A program made the position numbers and the translations under genes. A DNA stretch of 63,702 bases, filler included, from Octopus bimaculoides (Eukaryota): assembly GCF_001194135.2 (NCBI RefSeq). It is 6 parts of 5 records of this genome, joined end to end, with 100 filler letters (N's around TTAATTAATTAA, not from the genome) between each part and the next. Parts side by side here need not be neighbours in the genome. Positions count along the whole stretch, not along the records: positions 1 to 13,981 come from NC_068985.1; 5 more parts are not named here. One strand, written 5' to 3'. Every line of letters begins with the position of its first letter. Positions within the stretch are counted from its first letter, which is position 1. This document shows, piece after piece, positions 1-10,199 of this stretch. The notes under the pieces are model-generated. The model worked only from the letters and a program-made list of their open reading frames with translations. It made no database searches and was not told the DNA's origin.

Positions 1-578
1 CTGAGAGAGAGACCCTTTGTCGCCAGCAGAGGTAAGAGCTCTCTGAACTTTGCCCAGGCTATTCTAATTCTAGCAGCTACGCTTTCAGCGCATCCACCTC
101 CACTGCTAATTTGGTCACCAAGATAGCGGAAGCTATCAACCACTTCTAGTTTTTCTCCCTGGAATGTGGCAGAAGTTGTTTTCTGCACATTTCCAGTATT
201 TATAGCTCCAGAACATCTGCTGCAAACAAAAACTAACTTCCTAGTTAACCTTCCTTTGATATTGCTGCACCTCTTATGTGTCCATAGCTTGCACTGGGTG
301 CATCTTATAGAGTTACTTCCCACTCTTTTTCTACAGATCGAGCAGGGCTATCTACCTGAAGGGGTTTGTGTTTTGTCTGCCTTCCTACTTATGAGGACTT
401 TGTGCACGTATAAACAATAATTGCAGCATTGTGACCGACAAGGCCATCTACATCAAACAGTTCCTCAGAGATCTAACCCTCCTGAATGGCTACCCACCAA
501 TTTTAGCTAAACAGCGGTGCCTGAAGAACATCAAGGTCAATAAACCGCGGAAGAACCAGCATACTCCCAAGTCTGGCA

Positions 579-805
579 CATCATCATCATCATCGTTTAA
601 TGTCCGCTTTCCATGCTAGCATGGGTTGGACGATTGGACTCAGGACTGGTGAAACCAGATGGCTACACCAGGCTCCAATCTGATTTGGCAGAGTTTCTAC
701 AGCTGGATGCCCTTCCTAACGCCAACCACTCAGAGAGTGTAGTGGGTGCTTTTACGTGTCACCCGCATGTAGGCCAGTCAGGCGGTACTGGCAATGGCCA
801 CGCTC
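579..805 (-). mobile_element. SINE/LINE-3'-end repeat family with (GAT)n tail, inserted in the PLE
   Basis: (CAT)n-CGTTTAATGTCCGCTTTCCATGCTAGCATGGGTTGGACG... recurs at 22585 and 36765, and in opposite orientation at 1680-1889. Confidence 0.8.
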
Positions 806-1331
806 ATGCTTCCTGAACCTACCACACTTTCATGACAGAACTACTGCAGTGATACTACACAGTCTGCAGGGAAGGACTCAATATACAGATAGTGCACACC
901 GGCCCTTCCCAAGAACAACACCTCTCACTACTCTGAGGAGTGCACATTGTCAAACTGCCCCATCAATGACCCTGAATTGTGCCAGAGGACCAATGTCATA
1001 TATGAGATCATCTGTGGCAAATGTGGCATATCCTACATCAGAAGCATGACAAGAAAACTGCATGTACATGTTAAGGAACACATGCAGGCAGACACTTCCG
1101 TGAAGAAACTTGTAGGGAAATGCCAGTCCCGGGAGTTCACAGTGCACATCAAGGCAACAAAGTGGTACAGGGGCAACCTTAGAATCTCTGAGGCTATCTT
1201 CATACACCAAAAGAAACCCAAGATCAATAATAGAAGGGAGTTACAGGAAGCTAGCTGGTTGCTATAGCAACACCCTTCTGCACATGTCCACTCCACACAC
1301 ACACATGCATATCGACAACATTCGTCAACTG

Positions 1332-1362
1332 CTTGAAAATGGGGTCATAACTCTGAAATATT
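1332..1362 (+). ncRNA. Degenerate hammerhead-ribozyme-like motif in the PLE 3' terminal region
   Basis: CTTGAAAA-T-GGGGT-CATA-ACTCT-GAAATATT resembles CTGAAGA-N-stemII-GAAACGTT; the core is mutated. Confidence 0.4.
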
Positions 1363-1679
1363 GAATACAAGGTAAGTCTACATTAATTCACATATTTGTT
1401 TTCTTGTGATTTACCTTGCATTGTTTTGGACTTACCCACAATCTTTTATACAGTGTATATATATATATATATAAAATGTTATGTAGTTGTAAGATTCAAG
1501 GATTGAGATGTAGAAAGTTAGTAAGCTTCAAGCAATCCATAAAGGATATCTACAGTAAGATATCTCTCTTTATCCTATTATTCTTTTAACCTCCCTCAAT
1601 ACTACTCCACCCAATACGCCGCCTCCCTCAATACTACTCCACCCAGTCAAGCGGACTTTGTCTTGTTTTGCAAGTTATT

Positions 1680-1889
1680 TGGTGACCTCACTGGTACTGG
1701 TACTATGAAAAAAAAAAAAAAAGCACCCAGTACACTCTGTAAAGTGGTTGGTATTAAGAAGGGTATCCAGTTGTAGAAACCATACCAAAACAGGCAATAG
1801 AGCTTGTTACTGCTCTCTGGCTTGCCAGCTTTTGTGAAACCATCCAACTCATGCCAGTATGGAATATGGATATTAAATGATGATGATGG
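1680..1889 (+). mobile_element. SINE-like repeat with (GAT)n tail
   Basis: Ends ...CCATCCAACTCATGCCAGTATGGAATATGGATATTAAATGATGATGATG, the reverse complement of the 579-805 family end. Confidence 0.7.
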
Positions 1890-1899
1890 GTGTGTTTAT

Positions 1900-2122
1900 G
1901 CATCTGTATGTTTTTGTGTTTGTCCCCCACCAATGCTTGATAACTGCTGTTGGTTTGTTTACATCCCTATAGCTTAGCAATTTGGCAAAAAGGGCCCGAA
2001 AGAATAAGTACCAGGCTTTAAAAAACAATAAGTATTGAGGTCAATTTGTTCAACTAAACACTTCAAGGTAGTGCCCCAGCATGACCACAGTCAAATGACT
2101 GAAACAAGTAAAAAATAAAAGA
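1900..2122 (+). mobile_element. 3' half of a tRNA-derived CORE-like SINE
   Basis: Ends CAGCATGACCACAGTCAAATGACTGAAACAAGTAAAAAATAAAAGA; homologous to 47078-47425 and to 3500-3888 (reverse). Confidence 0.8.
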
Positions 2123-2295
2123 TATATATATATATACACATACACACACATTATATATTCTTAAGGAATGCTTATTTGTTAATATCAGAAACTTCCAACA
2201 TTAACTATCAACCAAACTGCCTCCCAACATATACATACACAAATATTTTGACTTAATACTCAGTCTGATTTAGTTTATAAGCCTCCCAAGCAGAA

Positions 2296-2511
2296 AATAA
2301 TCCTTTCTACTATAGGCACAAATTTGTGGGAAGGAGGGTAGTCGATTACGTCAACCCCAGTGCTCAATCATTTGGAACTTATTTTATCAACTCCAAAAGG
2401 ATGAGAGGCAAAACTGACCTCAGCAGAATTTGAACTAAGAATGTAAAGACAGATGGAATGCCACTAAGCATTTTGTCTGGCATGCTAACGATTCTGCCAG
2501 CTTGCCATCTT
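2296..2511 (-). mobile_element. tRNA-derived SINE with Meta-like central domain
   Basis: Reverse strand has A/B-box-like head and a GCCTYTCATCCTTT.GG.GT.GATAAAATAAGT..CA-like core; many homologous copies in the window. The domain name is from memory. Confidence 0.75.
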
Positions 2512-2609
2512 ACAATCCAATCTAATAATATATTCCTTTACCTTTTGCACTGAACTCATACCATACAGTCACCTTGAACCTGGAAGGGTGCCTAAAATGC
2601 AAGAAATAA

Positions 2610-2760
2610 CAAACAAATTCCCTACCAACTTGAAAAGTGAAGAACACATTGACTAATGTAATCCTAGATGTTTAAAAAAAAATGGGATGATCCCTTTTGG
2701 AATGCTTTTGATCATGTCTACTCAATCAGGACAGACCTAGGGCTAAACAACAATCGTCAA
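2610..2760 (+). mobile_element. SINE 3' fragment with (CAA)n-like tail (...GGGCTAAACAACAA family)
   Basis: Homologous segments at ~29000-29150(-), 29800-30020(-), 32480-32810(+) and 33780-34010(+). Confidence 0.6.
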
Positions 2761-2852
2761 TACAATACTTTAGATACAACTGACAATCAAACCAGTTACT
2801 TTTAAACTTACTTTTCTAAGCAATATAGTCTTAGAAGTTTGCTGTACATCCA

Positions 2853-3237
2853 GTTGTTGTTGGCACTCCGTCGCTTATAACGTCGAGGGTTCCAGTTGAT
2901 CCGATCAATGGAACAGCCTGCTTGTGAAATTAACGTGCAAGTGGCTGAGCACTCCACAGACACGTGCACCCTTAACGTAATTCTCGGGGATATTCAGCAT
3001 GACAGTGTGACAAGGCTGACCCTTTGAATTACAGGCACAACAGAAACAGGAAGTAAGAGTGAGAGAAAGTTGTGGTGAAAGAGTACAGCAGGGTTCACCA
3101 CCATCCCCTGCCAGAGCCTCATGGAGCTTTAGGTGTTTTCGATCAATAAACACTCACAACACCTGGTCTGGCAATCGAAACCGCGATCCTATGACCGCGA
3201 GTCCGCTGCCCTAACCACTGGGCCATTGCGCCTCCAC
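2853..3237 (-). mobile_element. Full-length tRNA-derived SINE with target-site duplication
   Basis: Reverse strand starts GTGGAGGCGCAATGGCCCAGTGGTTAGGGCAGCGGACTCGCGG (A box) with GGTTTCGATT (B box) and ends in a (CAA)n tail. GTACATCCA flanks it at 2844-2852 and 3238-3246. Second copy at 54606-54983. Confidence 0.9.
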
Positions 3238-3499
3238 GTACATCCAGTAAATCACACTTAACACATCTTAGTTCAATCACTGTATTGAGATTCAGTATTC
3301 ATATTTCCAATACCATATTCATACTTTCCGTATTGACAGCAAACCCAGAATTATCTACACTGCTTCCAACTACACGACAATCTAGACATTGCACAGATGC
3401 TCATTCAAAAGTCAGTACAAACAAAGACACCGAAAAGTCATCACTGTAACCCATCATGTAAATAGTATTTAACTCACATCTGTACATTTGATTTACATT

Positions 3500-3888
3500 T
3501 ACTCTCTTACTCTTTTACACATTTCAGTCATTTGACTGTGGCCATGCTGGAGCACTACCTTTAGTTGAACAAATTGACCCTAGGACTTATTCTTTGTAAG
3601 CCTAGTACCTATTTTACTGGTCTCTTTTACTGAACTACTAAATTTCTGGGATATAAAAACACCAACATCGATTGTCAAACAATGGTAGGGGGACAAAAAC
3701 AGGCACATAAATACATATATATATGTATATATACAACGGGCTTCTTTCAGTTTACGTCTACCAAATCCACTCACAAGACTTTGGTCAACCCAAAGCTATA
3801 GTAGAAGACACATGCTCAAAGTGCCACGCAGTGGGACTGAACCCAGAACTATGTCATTGAGAAGCAAGCTTCTTACCACATGGCCACA
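3500..3888 (-). mobile_element. Full-length tRNA-derived CORE-like SINE
   Basis: Reverse strand: tRNA-like head with GGGTTCAGTCCCACTGCGTGGCACTTTGAGCATGTGTCTTCTACTATAGC, internal (TA)n, and tail GACTGAAATGTGTAAAAGAGTAAGAGAGT. Confidence 0.85.
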
Positions 3889-4963
3889 GTAATTTATGCA
3901 AATTACACATTGACTGCCTATCCAATAACAAATTGGTGCTTATTTTGTAAATATGGTTCATGGGTACTGACTTATGTAGCGAAAGCTTGGATCAAACCTA
4001 ACATATTTTGGTTATCAAGTTGATGACATGAGTTAATCACATGCAAATCACATGTTCTAATTATCAACTAATCAGCTTGCAGCTATATCATGGACACTAT
4101 CTGAAATGTCCCTAAGATTTGAGCACTTTTCTCTAGTTATAAAGCAGTTTGGCACCAAGAATCTTCACAGAGGCTTGACAGCAACCAGGAAACATACATC
4201 TCACCTCTTACCACAAGAAAACCAGATTAACAGTAGAGGTTTGAGAAAGGTCCAGAGAATAGATATCTCTCCTCTTGACAAGCGAACCAGAACAGTCACA
4301 AAGATATGCGAGAGTCACCAGAAATTACACCTCATCTCTCATCCAGCAACACCAAATTTTCCTTAACTGAATCTGGCTAGAATTGAAGAGGAACTTTTCT
4401 TCATACTTGCAGGCCAACTCTTTCCAGCATTTCAAGTCTACTTAGTCATTACTTTGTTTTATTCCAATCACTACCAGCAATTGTTAGAAGTTTATATTGA
4501 ATTGTTCTCTTGTTCAATAAATCGTACCATTAAAATATGCAACTATGTTCATGCCTGTTTATTATGGTTTAACAGGCAGCTAAGCTCACACCAATAAGTA
4601 CCAATGTATCATTCCAGTGTGACAATGGTGACCAACACAAACAAACTATCTTACCAAGACAGCACAACAACTATATCTGTATTATTTTATTCTTGACCAT
4701 ATTCACATTTAGGCTTATCTTGAATTAAAGATTAAGAGCTTTCCTGGTTCAGAGTTGGCCAGGAACACTGAAATTTGTAACAAAGAAGTGCACATTTACA
4801 GTGTAGCGAAGCTTTTCTCTCTCTCTGTTATATATACATGAATGCGGACGTAGCAGATAACAGCTAGCCTTCGACTGCATCTTTGGACCCTGTTGTATCC
4901 ACTACTCTGATTGGTTGGTATTGGCGCAATTTGTCTCTTGTTCTATTTTGCGCCAGGGTGTAA

Positions 4964-5045
4964 ACCAACCAATTGCAGCCTTCTGATAAGGTCACGTGAG
5001 ACAGTCTTTTCTAAACCTCTGATGAGCCGAGTGCACCCTATAAAA
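4964..5045 (+). promoter_or_regulatory. LTR-type promoter module: CCAAT, ATAAGGTCACGTGA (E-box), TATAAAA
   Basis: Same spacing of CCAAT and ATAAGGTCACGTGA at 12936-12965; TATAAAA at 5039-5045. Confidence 0.5.
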
Positions 5046-5359
5046 CTTCAGTGACACAGCAAGTCAATGTCTTTTGGCTCCAGCCTTGGTCTTGAGTTCG
5101 ATTATTGCTTGATTGTGCCATAAGGTTAGTTATTATTGTGTTAAAATTACTGTTATTGTTACATTTGTATTTGTTGTTTTCCCGCAAGGGAAATACTGTT
5201 GTTACTACTGTTATCACTTTTTGTGAACTGTTACTCTCTCCCTTTGGGGGAAGGAATACTGTATGAACTTTTTTTTGAATTGTGCTTCCGTTTTTTGGAA
5301 ATTGTAAAATTTGTTTTTCTCTCTGTGATACGGAATTGTTTATTGCAAAAAAAAAAAAA

Positions 5360-8002
5360 TGTCTTCAATCGAAGAAAAATCTACCATGAATTTTGCAGTG
5401 GCCAAGAACAAATCAATTTAAAGGTCATGGAAATCCAAGCATTCTTTGGAATGATTACAGAGAAAGACGGAGAATCGAGTGAACTGCAAAATAAAATAAA
5501 AGAAAAAAACTATAGTTTATAAAACTTATAACATGGAGTCAAAGAGATTCGAACACTTGGAGGAAAGCTCCATAGAAAAATGCCTTGGCACAACGAGCCA
5601 AATTAAATACTTGAATAGAGGAATAAAATTCACCACAATAGAAGCAAGGTTCGAATCGACAGAGCAAGCAAAAGAATTGTCAACGAGAACCTTGCAAAGT
5701 TGCAACATTTTATTACTGCTGCTATATCTGGGACATAGAACATCCCGGATAAAAATTANNNNNNNNNNNNNNNNNNNNNNNNGGAGGTAGGCTGGATCGT
5801 GGCCACCCTGCTGTTCAAATGTGAGGAGAAAATAAAAATAATTCAGATTACAAGAGACGGTCCACAGAACTAGTGAGTAAGTTTCTTTCTTCTATGTCTT
5901 AGAATGACCGTGTTGAACATAGCATGTTTAAATGTGCATGGCCTGAACTCAAAGAGGAAGCAGGCGTGCTTCCTCGACAGCCTCAGGTCACATAGTATAG
6001 ATGTGATGGTTATTACAGAGACCAGGCTGGACAAGCTGCAGGCCTTCTTGGCACACCTGAAAGACTACGAGAAGATAATTTCTCCTAGCCGGGAGGGAGG
6101 GAGCAGAGGGGTGGCTGCCTTGACCCGAAAAAGCCTGGTCATGTAGATACGTACAATCTTCATGGACCCAGAAGGCAAGTTGGTTGTTCTGGATCTAACA
6201 TACAGTGGTAAGCCCTTCAGGCTGGTAGGCATCTACGCGCCTAGTAATACAGGCAAACGGGTTAACTTCTTTCAACACCTGGAGAATTTCTTGGTGACAT
6301 CGAGGACAGTAGTTGTACCAGGTGACTTCAATGCTATACTGGATGCATGCCTGGATAGCGTGGGCTCAAAAGATAGAAAGGGGAACTCATGCCTCATCGA
6401 TCTGCTGAAGTGGTTCAAGCTGGCAGATCGATATAGACTTGACCACCCGAACATCCCAGTATGAACCTGGGCAAGAAACGACGGAATGGTCAGGTCTTAT
6501 ATAGACAGGATAGTCGTAAGTACTAGAGACAGGCATACTTTTAGTTGTCCACAATTTACCTACGTACCCTACACAGATCACAAGTTAGTGATGTGTAGGG
6601 TAATTATAGATAAGATACATAGAAAGGGATCTGGCTACTGGAAGCTGAACAAGACCTTATTGGATTGCGAGGCTTACCGTAGCCAGATTAAGGAGTTAGT
6701 GAAGAAGGCACTTACCGGCGCTGGAGTGCCCTCAAAAGAGCCCTTCGAATTGAGTCAATTAGATTTAGCAAACAGTTAAGTCTAGAACTGACTAGATTAG
6801 AAAGGGAATCAGTTAAGGCATTAGAAGAGGCACTGAGAGCGGGCTCTGCGACACAAGTGTTGGCGGCAAGATCGGCACTAGACCAACACCTCAATACCAA
6901 ACACGAAGGATGCAGAGTCCGGGCCGTGAAGGTATCAATGTTGCTAGATGGGCTCGCTCAGAAGAAACCCATTGTGGCATCGATGCTATGATTGGGTCTT
7001 TGACAGATGAGTCAGGGCAGGAGATCCAAGGACAAAAGGAGATATGCAAGGTCTTTCACAAGTACTTTGCCGCGTTGTTCGGGAGGGATGGGACGTTAGA
7101 CCATGGGGATGCCTTACGGTGTTTTCTAGACGGCAGCCCGTGTCTTTCGGCTCGTGATGCTGAGCGCTGTGAAGGACCAATCACAGCCAAGAGATCAGAG
7201 AGGTACTGTCCGAGTGCCCCGGGGACAAGTCACCAGGTCTGGATGGTCTTCCCTATTAATTTTATAGTTGCATGCCAGACTTGTTTGGGGACATACTGGC
7301 CAGTGTGTAAACAAACTGGCAGCAGAATGAGAGGAATCCCAAAGCTGTGAGCCGAGGAGTGGTGACACTGATCAGGAAAGACCAGAGCAAGTGGGACAAA
7401 GTAAATAATTTCAGACCCATAACTCTGCTAAACACAGAGTTAAAGATTTTGGCCAAGGTGCTTGCAAAGAGAGTTAGGGTTGTTGTGGGCGACCTGGTGG
7501 GAGAAGCACAAACATATGCCATCCCAGGAAGGACGATACAGGACAATCTTCACCTCATTCGCAACACCATAGAGCGGGTGGGTAAAATGCATGGCAACGG
7601 TGGGGCACTGGTGAATTTAGACCAGTCTAAGGCGTTCGATAGGGTTGACCACGGATACCTGCTGGCGGTCCTCCAGGCGGCTGGATTTGGCCCAACCTTC
7701 CGAGGCTGGATTAAAGCCATGTATGGCAATATCGAATCAATAGTCCGGGTAAATGGGTTCTTCTCAAACCCATTCGCGATCGAGCGTTCAGTTGACCAGG
7801 GCTGCCCCGTCCCCGATTCTGTATGTGTTGGCGCTCGAGCCATTGCTGCAGAAATTGAGGGACGTGGGGGTGAACCCATATGATCTTTGTTACAGAAGAA
7901 ATGTGACGGCTTACTCGGATGATATCACCATCACCGTGTCTGACGAAGGGCATCTACCTTGCATAGAAGACACCATCAAAGGATACAAGACGGTGAGAAG
8001 CT
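5360..8002 (+). mobile_element. Decayed Tx1/L1-clade LINE (ORF1 fragment, APE endonuclease, RT)
   Basis: APE motifs LNVHGL, ITETRL, GIYAP, GDFNA, SYIDRI, TDHKLV. RT motifs FRPITLLNTELKILAKVLAKR, LDQSKAFDRVDH, QGCP, SPILYVLALEPLL, AYSDD. Multiple stops and frameshifts. Confidence 0.92.
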
Positions 8003-8028
8003 GAGGGAGTTGATAACCTATGCCGAAC

Positions 8029-8813
8029 ATATTATCATATATTATATATTATCATCTTCATTCATTAAAACGTTCACAAAAAACTGAAGACCCATATATA
8101 TGTTCTTGTCTGTCCTTGTTTGTCCCCTCTATATATCCTATTATCAGGAATAAAAGAAATACTTTCGGTTCCAGATCTTTTGAGGTGTAGCCACTGACCA
8201 TACAGTACTCAGCCAGTTCCAACTGAGTCCATGATAAGGATTGTATTGCTTTCCCCTTTCTCCAAAGAAAAGAAGGCAGCATTTCTCTGCATAATAACCA
8301 TATTGAAAGAAACAGTATGGAAGACGCGAATGAAAGGGATTGCAACAGGACAGTTCATCTCCAGACGAGGGCTAGTGAATTACTTCACCGCCCATCTTGC
8401 TTTCAAGATCCATCTGGAGAGGAGGAGCCTTCTGCAAAGAGTGTTCGCGAAAAGATGGAAGGAAATTGTAAGAAAGATGAGTATGCAAGGAGCCGTGCCA
8501 ACACGGGCCGGTCCAGGCATAGAAGAAATGAAAGAACGGAAAAAAAGGAAATCAACCGGCGGGTTAGTGGAATAACCCGAACAAAAAAAGAATGTTAAAT
8601 TTTTAACTAATAATTTTTATATTATCATATATTATATATTATCATCTTCATTCATTAAAACGTTCGCAAAAAACTGAAGACCCATATATATGTTCTTGTC
8701 TGTCCTTGTTTGTCCCCTCTATATATCCTATTATCAGGAATAAAAGAAATACTTTCGGTTCCAGATCTTTTGAGGTGTAGCCACTGACCATACAGTACTC
8801 AGCCAGTTCCAAC
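8029..8813 (+). repeat. 195-bp direct repeat pair (8029-8223 and 8619-8813)
   Basis: Aligned by eye: offset 590 bp, one mismatch seen (CGTTCACAAA vs CGTTCGCAAA). Confidence 0.95.
8224..8750 (+). mobile_element. Tx1 LINE 3' end (ORF2 C-terminus and 3' UTR)
   Basis: ORF 8231-8575 ...KETVWKTRMKG...FKIHLERRSL...FAKRW resembles a Tx1/L1 ORF2 C-terminus; the UTR ends AATAAAAGAAAT. Confidence 0.7.
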
Positions 8814-9356
8814 GACGACACGACAAACCTTCATGGAGATCCAATACTTTGTTCAACACCTTACTGCAAACTCCATCTTCGTCACCACTTCCAGCTTCTT
8901 AGCATCTACACCGACGTCTCTACGTACACACCACCAACAGCACCCGCACAGGTTCTCTCAACACTGTTTGTAAATTGCCTCACCATGGTTAACAGTGAGT
9001 ACAACCTGCGAGACCTCATGTACCAAGTAACCAGCCGCAGCATCTTAGCTTCAACTTCTCGGGCGACAGTATCTTTTCTTGGCTCTGCTTTGCCGCCACG
9101 ACTTCTTGTACAGCACCTCTACCACTGTGTACCTTGAATACGAACTGTAATTTCTCATCCTTGAGTCTGAACTTTCTTCTAACGTCCTTATAGATTGTTT
9201 TCTATGCTCTGTATCTCTCGCATTCACATACACGTTTGTATACCCATACATTGTTTATATGAGGGCCTGTCTATTGTTGTTTTACTATGTCGCATTCACA
9301 CACACACAGACATTCTAGTTGACAACCAATAAAACCTTTCTCTTATATCTTTTACT

Positions 9357-9986
9357 GGCACTGTCATGGTATTAGCTGTCAGAATTGAAAGTAGAACTGA
9401 CAAGGAACGTTACTGCTGGTTTGAGTTGATTCTTTGGCTACTGACTAGCCGGAGCTATCTATCTGTCTGTCTGTCTACCTATCTCACTATCTCTCTCTCT
9501 ATATCTATCTATCTATCTATCACTCGTTCACCTCTGTTTGTGTCCGTAGAATTTATCAAATTAGAAAACGCAAATTTAATATAAGAATATATTTTCTGAA
9601 ATTGCAAATTATTTAAAATATAAAAATATAATTTTCAACAGAGAGAATTTATCAAAATAGAAAACAAATGAAGTTTGAAGTTTAAAAATAATAGGATCGA
9701 CCACTCACGACTAGCTAGCGCGACTGCGCGTTCGGGACCACTCTGCTTTAGTAGTACCCTTATACTCTGTGTGTTTTCAAACGCATGGATATAGGTGTCA
9801 AATTTGTTCCAATAACTTTCGAGTGATAGATAGATAGAGAGAGAGAGAGAGACAGACAGACAGATAGCTCGCTCCGGCCAGTCATGGTATTAGCTGTCAG
9901 TAGCCAAAGAATCAACTCAAACCAGCAGTAACGTTCCTTCAGATTTTTCTACTTTCACTTCTGACAGCTAATACCATGACAGTGCC
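9357..9986. mobile_element. Non-autonomous DNA transposon (MITE) with long TIRs and 8-bp TSD, Merlin-like ends
   Basis: Begins GGCACTGTCATGGTATTAGCTGTCAG and ends CTGACAGCTAATACCATGACAGTGCC; imperfect TIR ~170 bp; CTTTTACT at 9349-9356 and 9987-9994. Confidence 0.9.
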
Positions 9987-10199
9987 CTTTTACTGGTTAT
10001 GTCTCTCTTTTCCTTGTTGGCACTTAACTCATTTTAACCTCATTTCATTTTTTGTTTTTATATTTGTGCCGACCGTGCGATGCGCTAAAGGAGCCATTCC
10101 TCGTCACCATCTACTGGTCGCACGGTCGCTACAAGAGCTATGTATAGATAATTAATAATTTATCACTCCAAATTTAAAAGTACAACTCGACAAGTGATT

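Larger units (their letters stand above)
330..1380 (+). mobile_element. Decayed Penelope-like retroelement 3' part (end of RT region + GIY-YIG endonuclease), interrupted by a SINE
   Basis: ORF 431-619 contains LLNGYP (PLE post-RT motif). ORF 947-1267 reads C..TNVIYEIICGKCGISYI..MTRKLHVHVKEH...LRISEAIFIHQKKPKINNR, a GIY-YIG signature with decay. Confidence 0.85.
4802..10133 (+). mobile_element. Putative solo LTR split by nested Tx1 LINE and MITE insertions
   Basis: Starts TGTAGCGA (4802) and ends TCGCTACA (10133): an 8-bp terminal inverted repeat with TG...CA ends. Flanks are ACAG / AGAG. The left part has CCAAT, E-box and TATA motifs. 8751-10133 shares blocks with the LTR-like sequence at 12766-13981. 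Confidence 0.55.

Noticed and set aside
1590-1645. 24-bp direct repeat CCTCCCTCAATACTACTCCACCCA as a CRISPR-like array
   Set aside because: Only two units 8 bp apart in eukaryotic DNA; simple slippage duplication.
3975-3988. TGTAGCGAAAGCTT as an alternative LTR start
   Set aside because: No downstream similarity to the LTR family; likely chance.
5014-5030. CTGATGAGCC as a hammerhead core
   Set aside because: No stem II closure or GAAA follows.
4776-5163. TGTAACAA...TTGTTACA as ends of a 388-bp solo LTR
   Set aside because: No TSD; the TGTAGCGA/TCGCTACA pair is supported by homology to a second copy.
8160-8190. ATACTTTCGGTTCCAGATC as a U5 or U2 snRNA-like Tx1 target
   Set aside because: The similarity is short and gapped; a match to the sister LTR explains it better.
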